Shown here: positions 11,316 to 24,278 of the stretch, one piece after another
Layout of the letters: every line of letters begins with the position of its first letter
Position numbering within the stretch: position 1 is the stretch's first letter
From: Octopus vulgaris
Lineage: Eukaryota
NCBI GenBank assembly: GCA_951406725.2
Contig: OX597816.1
Location: forward strand, 60,450,001 to 60,514,000
DNA: 64,000 nt
Direction: 5' to 3'
The notes under the pieces: generated by a model
Told to the model about the DNA's origin: nothing
Database searches by the model: none
What the model saw: only the letters and a program-made list of their open reading frames with translations
Position numbers and translations under genes: made by a program

Positions 11316-11358
11316 TGTCAAAATATTTTCGTCGCTAAAATCCGCGACCTGTTCACTG
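11316..11358 (-). ncRNA. Minimal type I hammerhead-like motif with G3:C8 core, helix I truncated
   Basis: Minus strand: ca-GUGAACA-g-GUCGC-ggauuuua-GCGAC-GAAA-AUAU-UU^-ugaca; perfect 5-bp helix II, palindromic helix III AAUAUU. Confidence 0.5.
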
Positions 11359-11360
11359 TT

Positions 11361-12340
<980 letters not shown>

Positions 12341-12651
12341 GAATGACGTGTTGTCACCTTGGCTCCGAAGGTAATCGTTTATTTTGACTATTTATAGCCC
12401 AATTTTTGTGTACATTTTTGTAAATAAGTTGTGTAAGGCACCCAACTTTCGTTTGAGTGCTTTTCCAAGGGAGGAATTCGCCCCTAGGGGCAGTTTCAAC
12501 CCTATTTCATTTCTGTAATTTTCTTCTCGACATTAGAAAATGTCAAGAAATTTTTATTGTAGAACGCTGGTCGCGTTCTTTTATTGACCAGCATTTTCCT
12601 AGTTTGGAAGCACTAGGAGAAAAAAAGAACGTACACACGCCAAGTGCAAAC

Positions 12652-14372
12652 ATGAATATCGGTGAAATGAACGCTGCAACCACGTGCGGTAACAGCCCTG
12701 TCACCACCGCCACCACCACCACTAACAACAGCAACCACGAGACTAATACTGCTACCACCACCACCTCCTCCACCACCACCACCACCACCACCACTACCAC
12801 GACCAACATAAATGATAAAAATAAAACTCACACGAAAACTATTGACAAAAACAACAGCAACAACAAGAACAACAATAAAAATGAACTATCTAATAGTGAA
12901 GATGTTAATACAAAAAAATCAACAACAGTAAATTTCGCTGACACTCTTCGCCAGAAGAAGGAAATTGTAACATTTACAAATGAAGAGCTCATAGAAACAA
13001 GAGCTCTCTTTACAACCCGTGGACAAGATTTAGTGCTGCATACACCTCAACACATAAAGCAAGAAATAGAAAATAAGACAATTATAAATAAAATTATTAG
13101 AAAAAACAAAAAACTAAATGAACAGATTACAAAAACTGATGTAGAAAAATGCTTAAAAAACATAATGAAAGAAAAAGAATATATAAACTGGGGTCCCCAG
13201 TTTAACACAGTAGTGGTCCGCTTCCCTAACCAGGAAGTGGCAAAAGCTCACTCTACTGAGTCTCTGGGAAATGATGAAATCATCATGGTCCCATACTATA
13301 AAAACCAGAGAGTGAGTCGAATCACTATTAAAAATGTACCTCCCGAGCTTCCTAACAAATGTATAACAGGGGCAATCTGTTACCATTTAAAAAATATCAA
13401 CATTTTGGAGACCGCCGTGTACCCTGGCGACATTTGGGGTGGGAAGACAATAGTGGTGACCATACAGATTGAGGGGGCCTCTATCGAGAGCCTACCGGAT
13501 AAGATCCACTTGGAAAATGTGGCAGAAGGCAAAAAGCCTAGATGCTACAAATGTGGCAGCCCCGAACATTTAATTGCCAAGTGCGATCTGGTACAGAAAA
13601 AACAAGAAAGAACAAATCAGAAAACAAATAAAATCCCTTTGTTGCCAACACCAACACCAACACACTCAATTATAGAACAATGCCAAAAAAAAACAACAAA
13701 CCAGCAAACAAATCCCAACAACATCACCAAGAAAAGAAACAGTACCAACACAATCACCGTTGACTTCACAACCAATTAAACATGTTGAATCAACAAAAAA
13801 TAGACCAACACCCACACCCAGGATGACAATTAAAAAGACAGAAAACAACACAAACACCGCACAAAACATCAACAATTTATACAAGCATACATAGTAATGC
13901 AAATGCTTTGCCTCTGCCCCATACTGATACGTCGGACGACGAAAGTTCGACGGAATTGCAAATAGCCACAGGGGGTAAAAGAAAAAGATCCAAAAAATCC
14001 ACCAAACAAGGAAGTAAAGCAGGGAGATATCTAACACAGGACAACATCCCCCTAGACAATCAAAAAAGTAATGAACCAGTAAAACCACACACACAACTAA
14101 CTGCAATAGACACAGACAATAAAGAATTAATGGACTACATCACATCCAACATGGTCATCTGTGAAGATGACTTTAAGACAAACAATCATCCGCACACCAC
14201 ACCACGGAAACACATCAGAATTTTACACATAACACAAGCACAACACTACATACTGAAAACAATATTTCCGAATGCGGTAGGCGGGTATCAACGATACCTG
14301 TCGAAAAAACTATACAAACACCTCATCAAAAACAATACAATAGAAGAGGAAAAAATGAAACTTTTAAAATGA
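12652..14372 (+). pseudogene. Tx1 copy 1 ORF1 (zinc-knuckle protein), frameshifted; segments 12652-13779 and 13908-14372
   Basis: CYKCGSPEHLIAKC knuckle, Thr/Asn-rich N-terminus, C-terminal block homologous to 20517-20795; first ATG at 12652. Confidence 0.8.
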
Positions 14373-14437
14373 GTAAGTGACCTCCCTTCTTGCTTCTTGT
14401 CTCTTCTAATGTAGTGTGTAAAACACAATTTTCGTAA

Positions 14438-17400
14438 ATGTCAAGTATGCTTAAATTAGGTTGTGTGAATGCGCGTGGCTTGGCGTCGGCTTGGAAGCAA
14501 GGTTACCTTCTAAACGACATCAAGTCACTGGACGTGGATATAGTAGCTATCAGTGAAACCAGACTCAGTAAGCCGCGGGCCCTCGAGTCCATGTTTGGCA
14601 ATCAATTTGACATTTATTTTTCTCCCTGTCTGCCGAACATGGGTGGTGGAGGTACTGCGGTGCTTTTTCGAAAGAGTCTAAAGGTAAAAGTAAGAGCAAT
14701 ATTCCTAGACCCGGAGGGTAGGCTGGTTGTCTTGGACGTGGATGGCAGATATGGGTGTGCATTCCGTCTGATGGCAGTTTATGCACCGTCCTTAACGGGT
14801 CGGGCGGATTTCTTCAGACGTCTAGAGGTTTTCCTGGGTACGTCTAGACCTTTACTGTTAGTAGGGGATTGGAACGCTACCTTGGACACGCATCTAGATT
14901 ATGTGGGAAGGGATAGGAATAGAAGGGGGTGTAAGAGCCTCAAAGACCTGCTCAGACGTTTCCATTTGTCTGACAGGTTCCGACTCGACCATCCGAACGT
15001 GCCAACGTGGACTTGGACAAACCGCGTCGGATCGTCGAGATCTTATCTAGATAGAATTCTATGCAGGACAGCGGATAGGGATAGTGTAGGATGTCCACAA
15101 TTTAAAATAGTCAGCTACACAGATCACAAATTTGTTACGTGTACGCTCGACTTAGATAAAACACATAGGCAGGGTCCCGGTTACTGGAAACTGAACACGT
15201 CGCTGTTAGCGCGACAGGTTTACAGGAACCGGATTAGCGAGTTAATTAAGAGGGCGCTGACGGGAGCGGTCGTTAACAACCGCTGGTGGTACGCCCTGAA
15301 AATGACAATAAAATCGGAATCAATTAGGTTTAGCAAGGAATTAGCGATAGAACGAAATAGGGTAGAGGGAGACTTGGTTAAGAAACTAGAAGAGGCACTT
15401 ACCACTGGCAGCGCAACCAACGTGCTGGCTGCGAGGATGGCCCTCGACCAACACCTCAACGCCAAGCACGAAGGTTGCGTCGTCAGAGCTAAAATGCGTG
15501 CCTTAAGGAAGGAAGGGATCGAAGCTGCGCGAGAGGCCCGGGTAGCGGAGGCGCAGCGTGGCAACAGAGCCACCATTCGGTCTCTAATAGATCAACAGGG
15601 ATGCAGTTTACTCGAACCCGAAAGGATGTGTGAGGCCTTTCAACAGCACTTTGCTCGACTGTTTGGTGCGAGTGGTGGGTCGGAACGCGGGATGGATTTC
15701 AGTGCCTACCTGACCGACCTGCCGCGGCTCTCGGCAAGAGAAGCGGAGTGTTGTGAAAGTCCCATCACAGCCACTGACGTGTGGGATGCGATGGCGGGCT
15801 GCGCGAGGGATAAGTCGCCTGGATTGGATGGTTTACCCTACGAGCTGTATTGTCGAATGCCAGACTTGTTTGGCGACCTCTTGGCATCAGTCTACTGCAA
15901 CTGGCAACAAAACGGGAGAATCCCCGGTTTCGTGAGCCGAGGTGCAGTGACGTTGCTGAAGAAAGACCCAAACAAGGGGAATTTTATAGATAATTTCAGG
16001 CCCATCACTCTGCTCAACGCAGATTTGAAAATTTTGGCCAAAGTAATAGCCGAGAGGTTGGCGCTTGTCATTGGTAAACTGGTCGACAGGGCGCAAACAT
16101 GCGCCGTGCCGGGCAGAACCATACATGACAACCTCCATCTGATGCGCTACATTGTGGACAGGGTAGTTAAGGATCCTGGCATGGGTGGGGCGCTGATAAA
16201 TTTGGATCAGTCTAAAGCCTTCGATAGGGTCGACTATCGGTACTTGGCGGCCGTCCTCAGGGCGGCTGGCTTCGGTCCCGTCTTCCGCGGTTGGATCGCT
16301 GCCTTGTATAGCGGCAGCCGATCGGTGATTCGGGTGAACGGTCACCTGTCGAAACCGTTTGACATCACGCGTTCGGTCCGTCAGGGGTGTCCACTGTCGG
16401 CGCTTCTATATGTATTGACTCTCGAGCCGCTACTGCGGAAGCTGGCGACACTGAGGGGCATCCCACGGGAACTGGGTTGCGGGACGAGCGTGTCGGCATA
16501 TGCGGACGATGTCACCGTCATAGTGTCGAGCGACAAACACATCAAGATGATAGGCGAGACACTAAGAAAATACGAAACGGTGACGGGAGCAAAGATTAAC
16601 CCGGAAAAGTCAGTGGGTTTGCTACTCGGCACCTGGAGAAGCAAACCCATGCCATCCGACTGCGGCTCAGTAGTGGGACGCTGGACGGACGGACCGGTTA
16701 AATTGCTCGGGGTCTGGTTCAGTCCGGACCTCCAAATGGATAAGAACTGGGACGAGATCACGAGTAGAGTGGTCGCTCTCAGCCAAACATGGGCCGAGAG
16801 AAAGCTGTCTCTAAAAGGCCGGGCGGAGGTGGCGAACGCGTACATCGCATCCGTCATCGATTACCGCCTGACCGTCGTACCTTGTCCCGACGCCACCATC
16901 ACCAAACTGGAACGCATACTCTTCCGCTTCCTGTGGAAGGGTGGCGTTCCGATGGTGAGGAAGTCCATTTGCTGTCAACATCCGTTGAATGGAGGACTGG
17001 GCATGTCGTGGTTGATGATGCGCAGGCATGCGCTGAGACTGCGACATCTCTGGAAATTCATCGACGACGGTGAACAGGTGTGGGCGCCGTTTGTGAGGCG
17101 CGACTTCCCGCAGCTCGTCTCACTGACCGAACTGCAAACGTGGATCAAAAAGAGACCGAAACTGGGCGATTGGCACCGAGAGTGTCGCCAAGCTCTACAG
17201 CAGCTCTGCCGACCGGGGTCAAACTTGTGCAACTTACAAACGACTAAAGCGTTCTATAGAGGACTAGTGGAGGGGAGGTCCGACGACACACTCGGGGCAA
17301 ACCTGGGCGTCGACGAGGAATTCCTAACCCGCCTGTTCAGGACGACGTTCGGGCTGGGGCCTATGGATAACTTCCAGAAATCCCTGGCTTGGCAGTGCTA

Positions 17401-17689
17401 TCGAGACGCACTACCTGTTCGAGAGAAGAGCTACAGACACGGTTCGAAAACCATCACCGGACCGACCTGCCCGAGATGCGGTCAGAGCGACGAAACCGTT
17501 CTGCACGCACCCGTGCAGTGTCCAGATATTTCAGAGCTGTGGTCCTTCGTCGAACAGCTGTTGTCACGTGTAGGTCGGGCTCGCCTATCGGCCGAGTCTA
17601 TCGTGAATATTGTTCCACCACCTTCATTTAAACGGGAAGGGAAAACGGTTTTCGTTACGCTGATGGCTATGGCGAAAGAATGTGTGTGA
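14438..17689 (+). CDS. Tx1 copy 1 ORF2: APE endonuclease, reverse transcriptase and zinc finger (1083 aa; premature stop, homologous frame continues to 17887)
   Basis: NARGL, SET, GDWN, TDH (APE); SPGLDG, NFRPITLLN, KAFDRV, RQGCPLS, YADD (RT); CPRC..H...C; TGA at 17687 corresponds to TGG in copy 2. Confidence 0.93.
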   Translation: MSSMLKLGCVNARGLASAWKQGYLLNDIKSLDVDIVAISETRLSKPRALESMFGNQFDIYFSPCLPNMGGGGTAVLFRKSLKVKVRAIFLDPEGRLVVLDVDGRYGCAFRLMAVYAPSLTGRADFFRRLEVFLGTSRPLLLVGDWNATLDTHLDYVGRDRNRRGCKSLKDLLRRFHLSDRFRLDHPNVPTWTWTNRVGSSRSYLDRILCRTADRDSVGCPQFKIVSYTDHKFVTCTLDLDKTHRQGPGYWKLNTSLLARQVYRNRISELIKRALTGAVVNNRWWYALKMTIKSESIRFSKELAIERNRVEGDLVKKLEEALTTGSATNVLAARMALDQHLNAKHEGCVVRAKMRALRKEGIEAAREARVAEAQRGNRATIRSLIDQQGCSLLEPERMCEAFQQHFARLFGASGGSERGMDFSAYLTDLPRLSAREAECCESPITATDVWDAMAGCARDKSPGLDGLPYELYCRMPDLFGDLLASVYCNWQQNGRIPGFVSRGAVTLLKKDPNKGNFIDNFRPITLLNADLKILAKVIAERLALVIGKLVDRAQTCAVPGRTIHDNLHLMRYIVDRVVKDPGMGGALINLDQSKAFDRVDYRYLAAVLRAAGFGPVFRGWIAALYSGSRSVIRVNGHLSKPFDITRSVRQGCPLSALLYVLTLEPLLRKLATLRGIPRELGCGTSVSAYADDVTVIVSSDKHIKMIGETLRKYETVTGAKINPEKSVGLLLGTWRSKPMPSDCGSVVGRWTDGPVKLLGVWFSPDLQMDKNWDEITSRVVALSQTWAERKLSLKGRAEVANAYIASVIDYRLTVVPCPDATITKLERILFRFLWKGGVPMVRKSICCQHPLNGGLGMSWLMMRRHALRLRHLWKFIDDGEQVWAPFVRRDFPQLVSLTELQTWIKKRPKLGDWHRECRQALQQLCRPGSNLCNLQTTKAFYRGLVEGRSDDTLGANLGVDEEFLTRLFRTTFGLGPMDNFQKSLAWQCYRDALPVREKSYRHGSKTITGPTCPRCGQSDETVLHAPVQCPDISELWSFVEQLLSRVGRARLSAESIVNIVPPPSFKREGKTVFVTLMAMAKECV

Positions 17690-18826
17690 TGGACGCGTTT
17701 GAAAGGACTGTAAACAAACACCTTCCTCTCTGGTCAGTCTCTCGTCAACTTTTTCAAGTACCACTTGAAAAGGAGGATGAGAATAGAGAGGAAGGCTTTG
17801 TCGAACGAATGTTTTAATAAAAAGTGGGTAAAAGTGGCAAAAATGGTCAGTATGAAAGACAACACTATTTTAAGCATAAATCTGTAACCAAAAGAGACAA
17901 CGAGAAGTAAGGCGACTTACTCATGTGTTCTTTTTCGAATTGTCTGAGGTGACCTTGGTCTTTTTTGTAGGTTTTTCTTTCCAAGGCTACACCTAAACTG
18001 TGAACTTTATATATATATATATATTGCTTTTTTATACACCACACAACCCACAGATCCCTATTGATCAAACGTTTTTTTTTGTGCCCCACCCACCCCACCT
18101 CGAAAAGAAAAAATTCTACATTGTATTTCGTCCATTTTTATTCTGTGTTTAGCCCTGTGTGGCTACAATAAAAAGTTATCTATCTAGCTATCGATCGGTC
18201 TCTCTGTCTGCCTGTCTGTCTGACGTTCTGTCCACCTACTTAAGTACGTACGTACCAACCTAACTATCTACCTACCCACCTACCTATCTATATATCTATC
18301 TATCGATTGATCGAGCTGCCTATGTATCTATGTACCTATTTACCTACATCTATACGTCTATCCATCCACGCATCCATTCAAATATCAATCTGTTAATCTA
18401 TATTCCCATTTAGGTTGATATATACATTGCATGAGAAGTATTTAGACGGTTTCTGTTGCGCTCCTGCGACCGGGTGTTGAGGTTTATTGCTCGGATCCTC
18501 TACGGTTAATCGTTGGAATTTTCCGAGCCCCCTCCCCACGCCCCCCGTTTCTCAGCGCGCTTTTTTTTCGTCATATTCCTTCAATATACGATGCCTTACA
18601 CCTGTTACACATATTTTTTTCCTTTTTTGCCACCTGGGCGTGGATCTATATATTAACCCTTTTACATGTTTAAAACTTCTTGTTGTCAAATATTTTGTTT
18701 TAATCGTTGTGCATATTCATTCACTAAAAAACCTGAGAATTATTCACGTAGAATTCCGCCCCTGTATGGGCGAAATTACCAGAAACTTTCAAAACTTTAG
18801 TTGGTTCTTCTTAGCCATTTTTCATT

Positions 18827-20795
18827 TTGAAAATGGCAACTAGAAACCACGTGGCTAGCCCGCCAGTCATGCAGAACGGTAGCGAAACACTATTGCTACC
18901 ACTAGCTGCTAAGCCTCGCAGCTTGAACACCGCTGTCACCACCACCAACAACAACAGCAAAACTAACGTCGCGACCGAAGACATTAACTTAGATTTCCCC
19001 CCACTCCCTACACCACTTGTCGATGATAAAAGGACGGAGAAAGGGATTTCAAAAACGAATACAGACGAAAACATGAATGCCAGCACCACCACCATCACCA
19101 CAAACAACAACAACAACGAAATGGGCACAAAGCCGCCTACCAAAGACAACACCGCCAACACCAACACCACTACTACGACTTCAACTGCTACAACTAACCC
19201 TTCTGCTGCTAACACCGCCAACACCAACACCACTACCACGACTTCAACTGCTACAACTAACCCTTCTGCTGCTAAAACGAATTTTGCGGATGTGACAAAT
19301 CAAAAACGAACAATTGGAAAATTCACCACACAGGAAATAAACCGCACAAAAGCACTCTTCACCAAAGAAGGAGACAAATTGCACCTTCACATTCCACAAC
19401 ACATCGTGGAAAACACACAAAAAAACAATAATTTATAAAGTAATAAACAAGAAAACAAGACGAACAGAAAATGCACCACAGGAAAAAATTGAAAAATGCC
19501 TTCGTCCTGCATGGGACTCCAAGGAATATATCAGTTGGGGAAATAAATTTGGTACAGTCCAAGTACGTTTCCTCAACGAAAATTTAGCAAAACGTTTTTC
19601 CACATTGGAGCTGCATTCGGACGACTTGGTAATGATACAAGTCTATTTAAACAAGAGAGTCACGAAAGTCCAAATAAAAAATGTACCACTTGAAGTCGAA
19701 ACACAATGGTTAGTCTCTGCCATCTGCTTTGAAATGACAGAGACAATGTCAGAGACAAACATCCTTGAACTCGCTGTTCTAGGAGAGAAAGACTATGTGG
19801 GAAAATCAATCGAATTCCTTCTTCATTTGGATGAAGCAGCAAGAGAGAAGATACCCACCACTATAGAACTGCCAGGAGGCTACAAACTTTATGTAGTGGT
19901 AGAGGGCAGACGACCACGCTGCTATTTGTGTGGAAGCGAAACACACTTGAAAAAGACGTGCCCAACCACTGCACACCAAGAGCAACAATAACAACCACTA
20001 CCACAACCAAAGCACTCCGGAAAAAAAGCTCTACTACCCACACCACCATCAACACAGAAGACGACAAGAGAAGCACACCAAGCTAATCCGTCATCAACCA
20101 AAAACCACTCAACACCTGAAAAAATACCAACACCACCAACAACAGCAAGAACCAAAGGAACAGAAAAACAAAGAAAACACACAAAAACTGACCCCCCATC
20201 CCTTATACCGCACTCAACACACACAAACACTCAACAACCAACAACAACGAAAACAACAACACAACCACTTACACAGACATACATAGAAGCCTACAACATA
20301 CCCCTACCCCCTACTGATTCCTCAGAAATTTCGTCGGAAGACGAAACCAGTGAGGAATGGCAAATAGCTACAAAAAGAAGGAAAATAAAGAGCAGAAACA
20401 CAACCAAACCAAATGCAAACACGAACAAAGCAGGGGGAAATACATCTCCCGAAGACATTTCAAAACCCAACACAAACAACAGCCACACCAACACCACAAA
20501 AATATATACAGCAAACATGCTCACAGCTATAGACACCAAAAACACAAATTTGATGGAATACATCCAATCAAAAACAAACATAACAGAAGATGACATAAAA
20601 ACAAACAATCACCCATACACAACACCACCAGACCACATCAAAATATTACACATCTCCAAAAGTCTACACCACACACTCAAAGGCATTTTCCCCAGTGCGG
20701 TTGGTAAATGCCAAAAATATCTCACAAAGAAACTGTACTGGGATCTCCTCGAGGACAAACCAAAGGAGGAGAAAGCAAAAACTTTCGAGCAGTAA
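18827..20795 (+). pseudogene. Tx1 copy 2 ORF1, broken by frameshifts and stops
   Basis: VVVEGRRPRCYLCGSETHLKKTC knuckle; segments 18827-19438, 19605-19991 and 20517-20795 match copy 1 ORF1. Confidence 0.8.
19148..19273 (+). repeat. In-frame 63-bp tandem duplication in ORF1 (NTANTNTTTTTSTATTNPSAA twice)
   Basis: Units start at 19148 and 19211. Confidence 0.92.
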
Positions 20796-20839
20796 GTAAC
20801 CCTCTGTTCCTTTCACTTGTATTCTAATTCATTAGGATT

Positions 20840-23800
20840 ATGATCAAGATTGGTTGTGTAAATGCGCGTGGCTTGGGGTCCCCTTGGAAACAAGGGTACC
20901 TCTTAAATGTCATAAAGTCACATAAGTTAGAAATCATAGCCATAAGTGAGACCAGACTCCACAATCCGCGGGCCCTAAAGACCATGTTTGGCGGACAGTT
21001 CAACATTTATTTTCCCCCTGTCTGCCGAGAATGGGCGGTAGTGGCACCGCGGTACTTTTTCGCAAGAGTCTGGATCTCAAAGTAAGGACAATATTCGTAG
21101 ACCCGGAAGGTAGACTGGTCGTCCTGGATGTCGACGGCAGCAATGGGTGCGCTTTTCGACTCGTATCAGTCTACGCACCGCCCTTAACAGGTCGGGCGGA
21201 TTTCTTTCAACGTCTAGAAGTATTCTTGGGAACGTCTCGTCCTTTACTCTCAGTGGGGGATTGGAATGCTACCTTGGACACGCATGTAGACTACGTGGGT
21301 AGAGATAGGAATAGACGGGGATGCAAATGCCTCGGAGACCTGCTCAGACGCTTTCAACTGTCTGACAGGTTCCGACTAGACCACCCGAATGCGCCAACGT
21401 GGACATGGAGCAACCACATCGGGTCGTCGAGATCGTATCTAGATAGGATACTGTGTAGGACAGTAGACAGAGATAGCATAGGATGTCCACAATTCCACAT
21501 AGTCAGCTACACGGATCACAAACTTGTGACATGTTCGCTAGACTTAGGTAAGACACTTAGGCAGGGTCCCGGATACTGGAAACTAAACGCGTCTTTCCCA
21601 TCGAGACAGGTTTTCAGAGACCGGATTAGCACACTAGTAAAGAGGGCTTTGACGGGAGCCATCATCAACAACAAATGGTGGTTTGCCCTCAAGAGAGCAG
21701 TAAAAGCAGAAGCGATTAGGTACAGCAAAGCACTAGCCATAGATAGAAATAGGGTAGAGGGTGAGCTAGTTAAGAATCTAGAAGAGGCAATTAGAAGCGG
21801 CATCGCATCTGACGTTTTGGCGGCGAGGTTGGCCCTCGACCAACACTTCAACGCCAAACACGAAGGATGTGCTGTCAGAGCTAGGATGCCTGCTCTAAGG
21901 AACGAAGGTGTTGGAGCCGCGAGAGAGGCCCGGGTGGCAGAGGCGCAACAGGGCAACAAAGCCACCATTCGGTCCCTGGTAGATGAACAGGGGCGCGAAT
22001 TGCTCGAGCCAAGTAAAATGTGTGAGGCCTTTCAGCAGCATTTTTCCCGACTGTTCGGGACGAGTGGAGGGCAAGAACGTAGGGTGGACTTCAGTGCCTA
22101 CCTACATAGCCTACCACGACTCTCGACAAGAAAGGCGGGGTGCTGCGAAGGTGCCATCACGGCGGCGGAAGTGCAGGACGCGATGGCAGAGAATGCTCGA
22201 GGGACAAATCACCGGGTTTGGATGGTCTACCCTACGAGATTTACAATTGTATGCCAGACTTGTTTGGAGATCTCTTGGCGGCGGTGTACTGCAACTGGCA
22301 GCAAAACGGGAGCATTCCTGGTTTTGTGAGCCGAGGAGCCGTAACACTGCTGAAGAAAGACCTAAACAAGGGAAATGTAATAGATAACTTTAGGCCCATC
22401 ACTCTGCTTAATGCAGACTTGAACATTTTGGCCAAGGTGCTAGCCAAGAGGTTGGCGCTTGTCATCGAGAAACTGGTCGACAAGGCGCAAACATGCGCCG
22501 TGCCAGGCCGGACCATCCATGACAACCTCCACCTGATGCGCTACATCATAGACAGGGTAGTTAACGAACCTGGCATGGGTGGGGTGCTGATCAATTTGGA
22601 TCAATCGAAAGCTTTCGATAGGGTAGACCATCGATACTTGGAGGCGGTCCTCAGAGCGGCTGGCTTCGGTCCCGTCTTCCGCGGCTGGATAGCCGCTTTG
22701 TACAGAGGCATCCGTTCGGTAATTCGCGTGAATGGACATCTATCGAGACCCTTCGACATCGCACGTTCGGTCCGTCAGGGATGCCCCCTCTCGTCGCTTC
22801 TATACGTATTGACTCTCGAGCCATTATTGCGGAAGCTGGCAACTTTGAGGGGCATCCCGCGAGAACTGGGATGCGGGACGAGCGTGTCTGCATACGCGGA
22901 TGACGTCACCGTCATAGTGTCTAGCCACGAGCACATCGAGCAGGTCGGCGAGACACTGAAAAACTACGAAGCGGTGACAGGAGTGAAAATCAACCGTGAA
23001 AAGTCAGTGGGCTTGCGACTAGGAACCTGGAGAAGCAAGCCCATGCCGTCCACCAGCGCCTCCGTCATGGGACGCTGGACCGACGGCCCGGTTGAGTTGC
23101 TCGGGGTCTGGTTTGGTCCGGACCTCCAAGTGGAGAAGAACTGGAACGAGATAACGAGTAGGGTGGTCACTCTCGCCCGGCAATGGGCCGAGAGGAAACT
23201 GTCCCTAAAAGGTCGGGCGGAGGTGGCGAACACGTACATCGCGTCCGTCATCTACTACCGCCTGACCGTCGTACCTTGTTCCGACCCTACCATCACCAAA
23301 CTACAACGCATTCTCTTTCGCCTCTTATGGAAAGGATGCGTCCCGATGGTCAGGCGATCCAGTTGCTGTCAACACCCGTTAAAAGGAGGGCTGGGCATGC
23401 CGTGGTTGATGATGCGCAGACACGCGCTGAGACTGCGACATCTCTGGCTCTATGTAGACGACGGTGAACAGGTGTGGTCGCCGTTTGTGAGGCACGCTTT
23501 CCCGCAGCTCGTCTCCATGGCCGAACTGCAGTCGTGGATCAAAAAGAGGCCGAGGAAGGGCAAATGGCACCGCGAGTGTCGCGTTGCTCTCAAGCAACTC
23601 TGCCGTCCTGGGTCGACCTTGAGTGACTTCAACACAACCAAAGCATTCTATAGGGGTTTAGTGGAGGGGAGGTACGACGACGAGCTCGGGGCGAACCTGG
23701 ACGTCGACGAGGAGTATCTGACCCGCCTGTTCAGGACGACTTTCGGGCCAGGGCCCATGGACAACTTCCAGAGATCCCTGGCCTGGCAGTGTTACCGAGA

Positions 23801-24278
23801 AGCGCTACCCGTTCGGGATAAGCTCTACAGACACGGCTCGAGAAACACGGGGCCGACCTGCCCGAGATGCGGTCAGAGCGACGAAACCGTTCTGCACGCA
23901 CTCGTGCAGTGTCCAACAATTTCCGACCTGTGGGCTTGTGTCGAACAACTGCTGTCACGTGTGGGACGAGTCGGTTTATCAGCTGAGTCTATCGTCAATA
24001 TTGTCACGCCTCGTTCCTTCAAACGGGAAGGAAGAGCTATTTTCATCATCCTTGTGGCTATGGCGAAAGAATGTATCTGGTGGACGCGTCTGAAAGGATT
24101 GGAGACAAATACTTTCCTCTCTGGTCAATCTCTCATCAACTTCTTCAAGTACCACTTGAAAGGGAAAGTGAGAGTAGAGAGGCAAGTTTTGTCTAGCGAA
24201 TGTTTTAAAAAAAGATGGGTGAATGTAGCAAGGATGGCACGTATGAATGACGAAGCCACCTTGAGCATAATCCTATGA
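20840..24278 (+). pseudogene. Tx1 copy 2 ORF2 with two frameshifts (about 21010 and 22190)
   Basis: ORF-track segments 20840-, 21031- and 22140-24278 align in order to copy 1 ORF2; YADD and CPRC motifs present. Confidence 0.92.

Larger units (their letters stand above)
12341..18178 (+). mobile_element. Near full-length Tx1-type L1-clade LINE, copy 1
   Basis: ORF1 with CCHC knuckle, ORF2 with APE, RT and C-terminal zinc motif, 3' UTR ending aataaaaag; TATC repeats on both sides. Confidence 0.92.

Noticed and set aside
14565-17721. Many antisense and alternative-frame ORFs over Tx1 ORF2, some shared by both copies
   Set aside because: Expected shadows of a GC-rich coding sequence; sharing follows from nucleotide similarity
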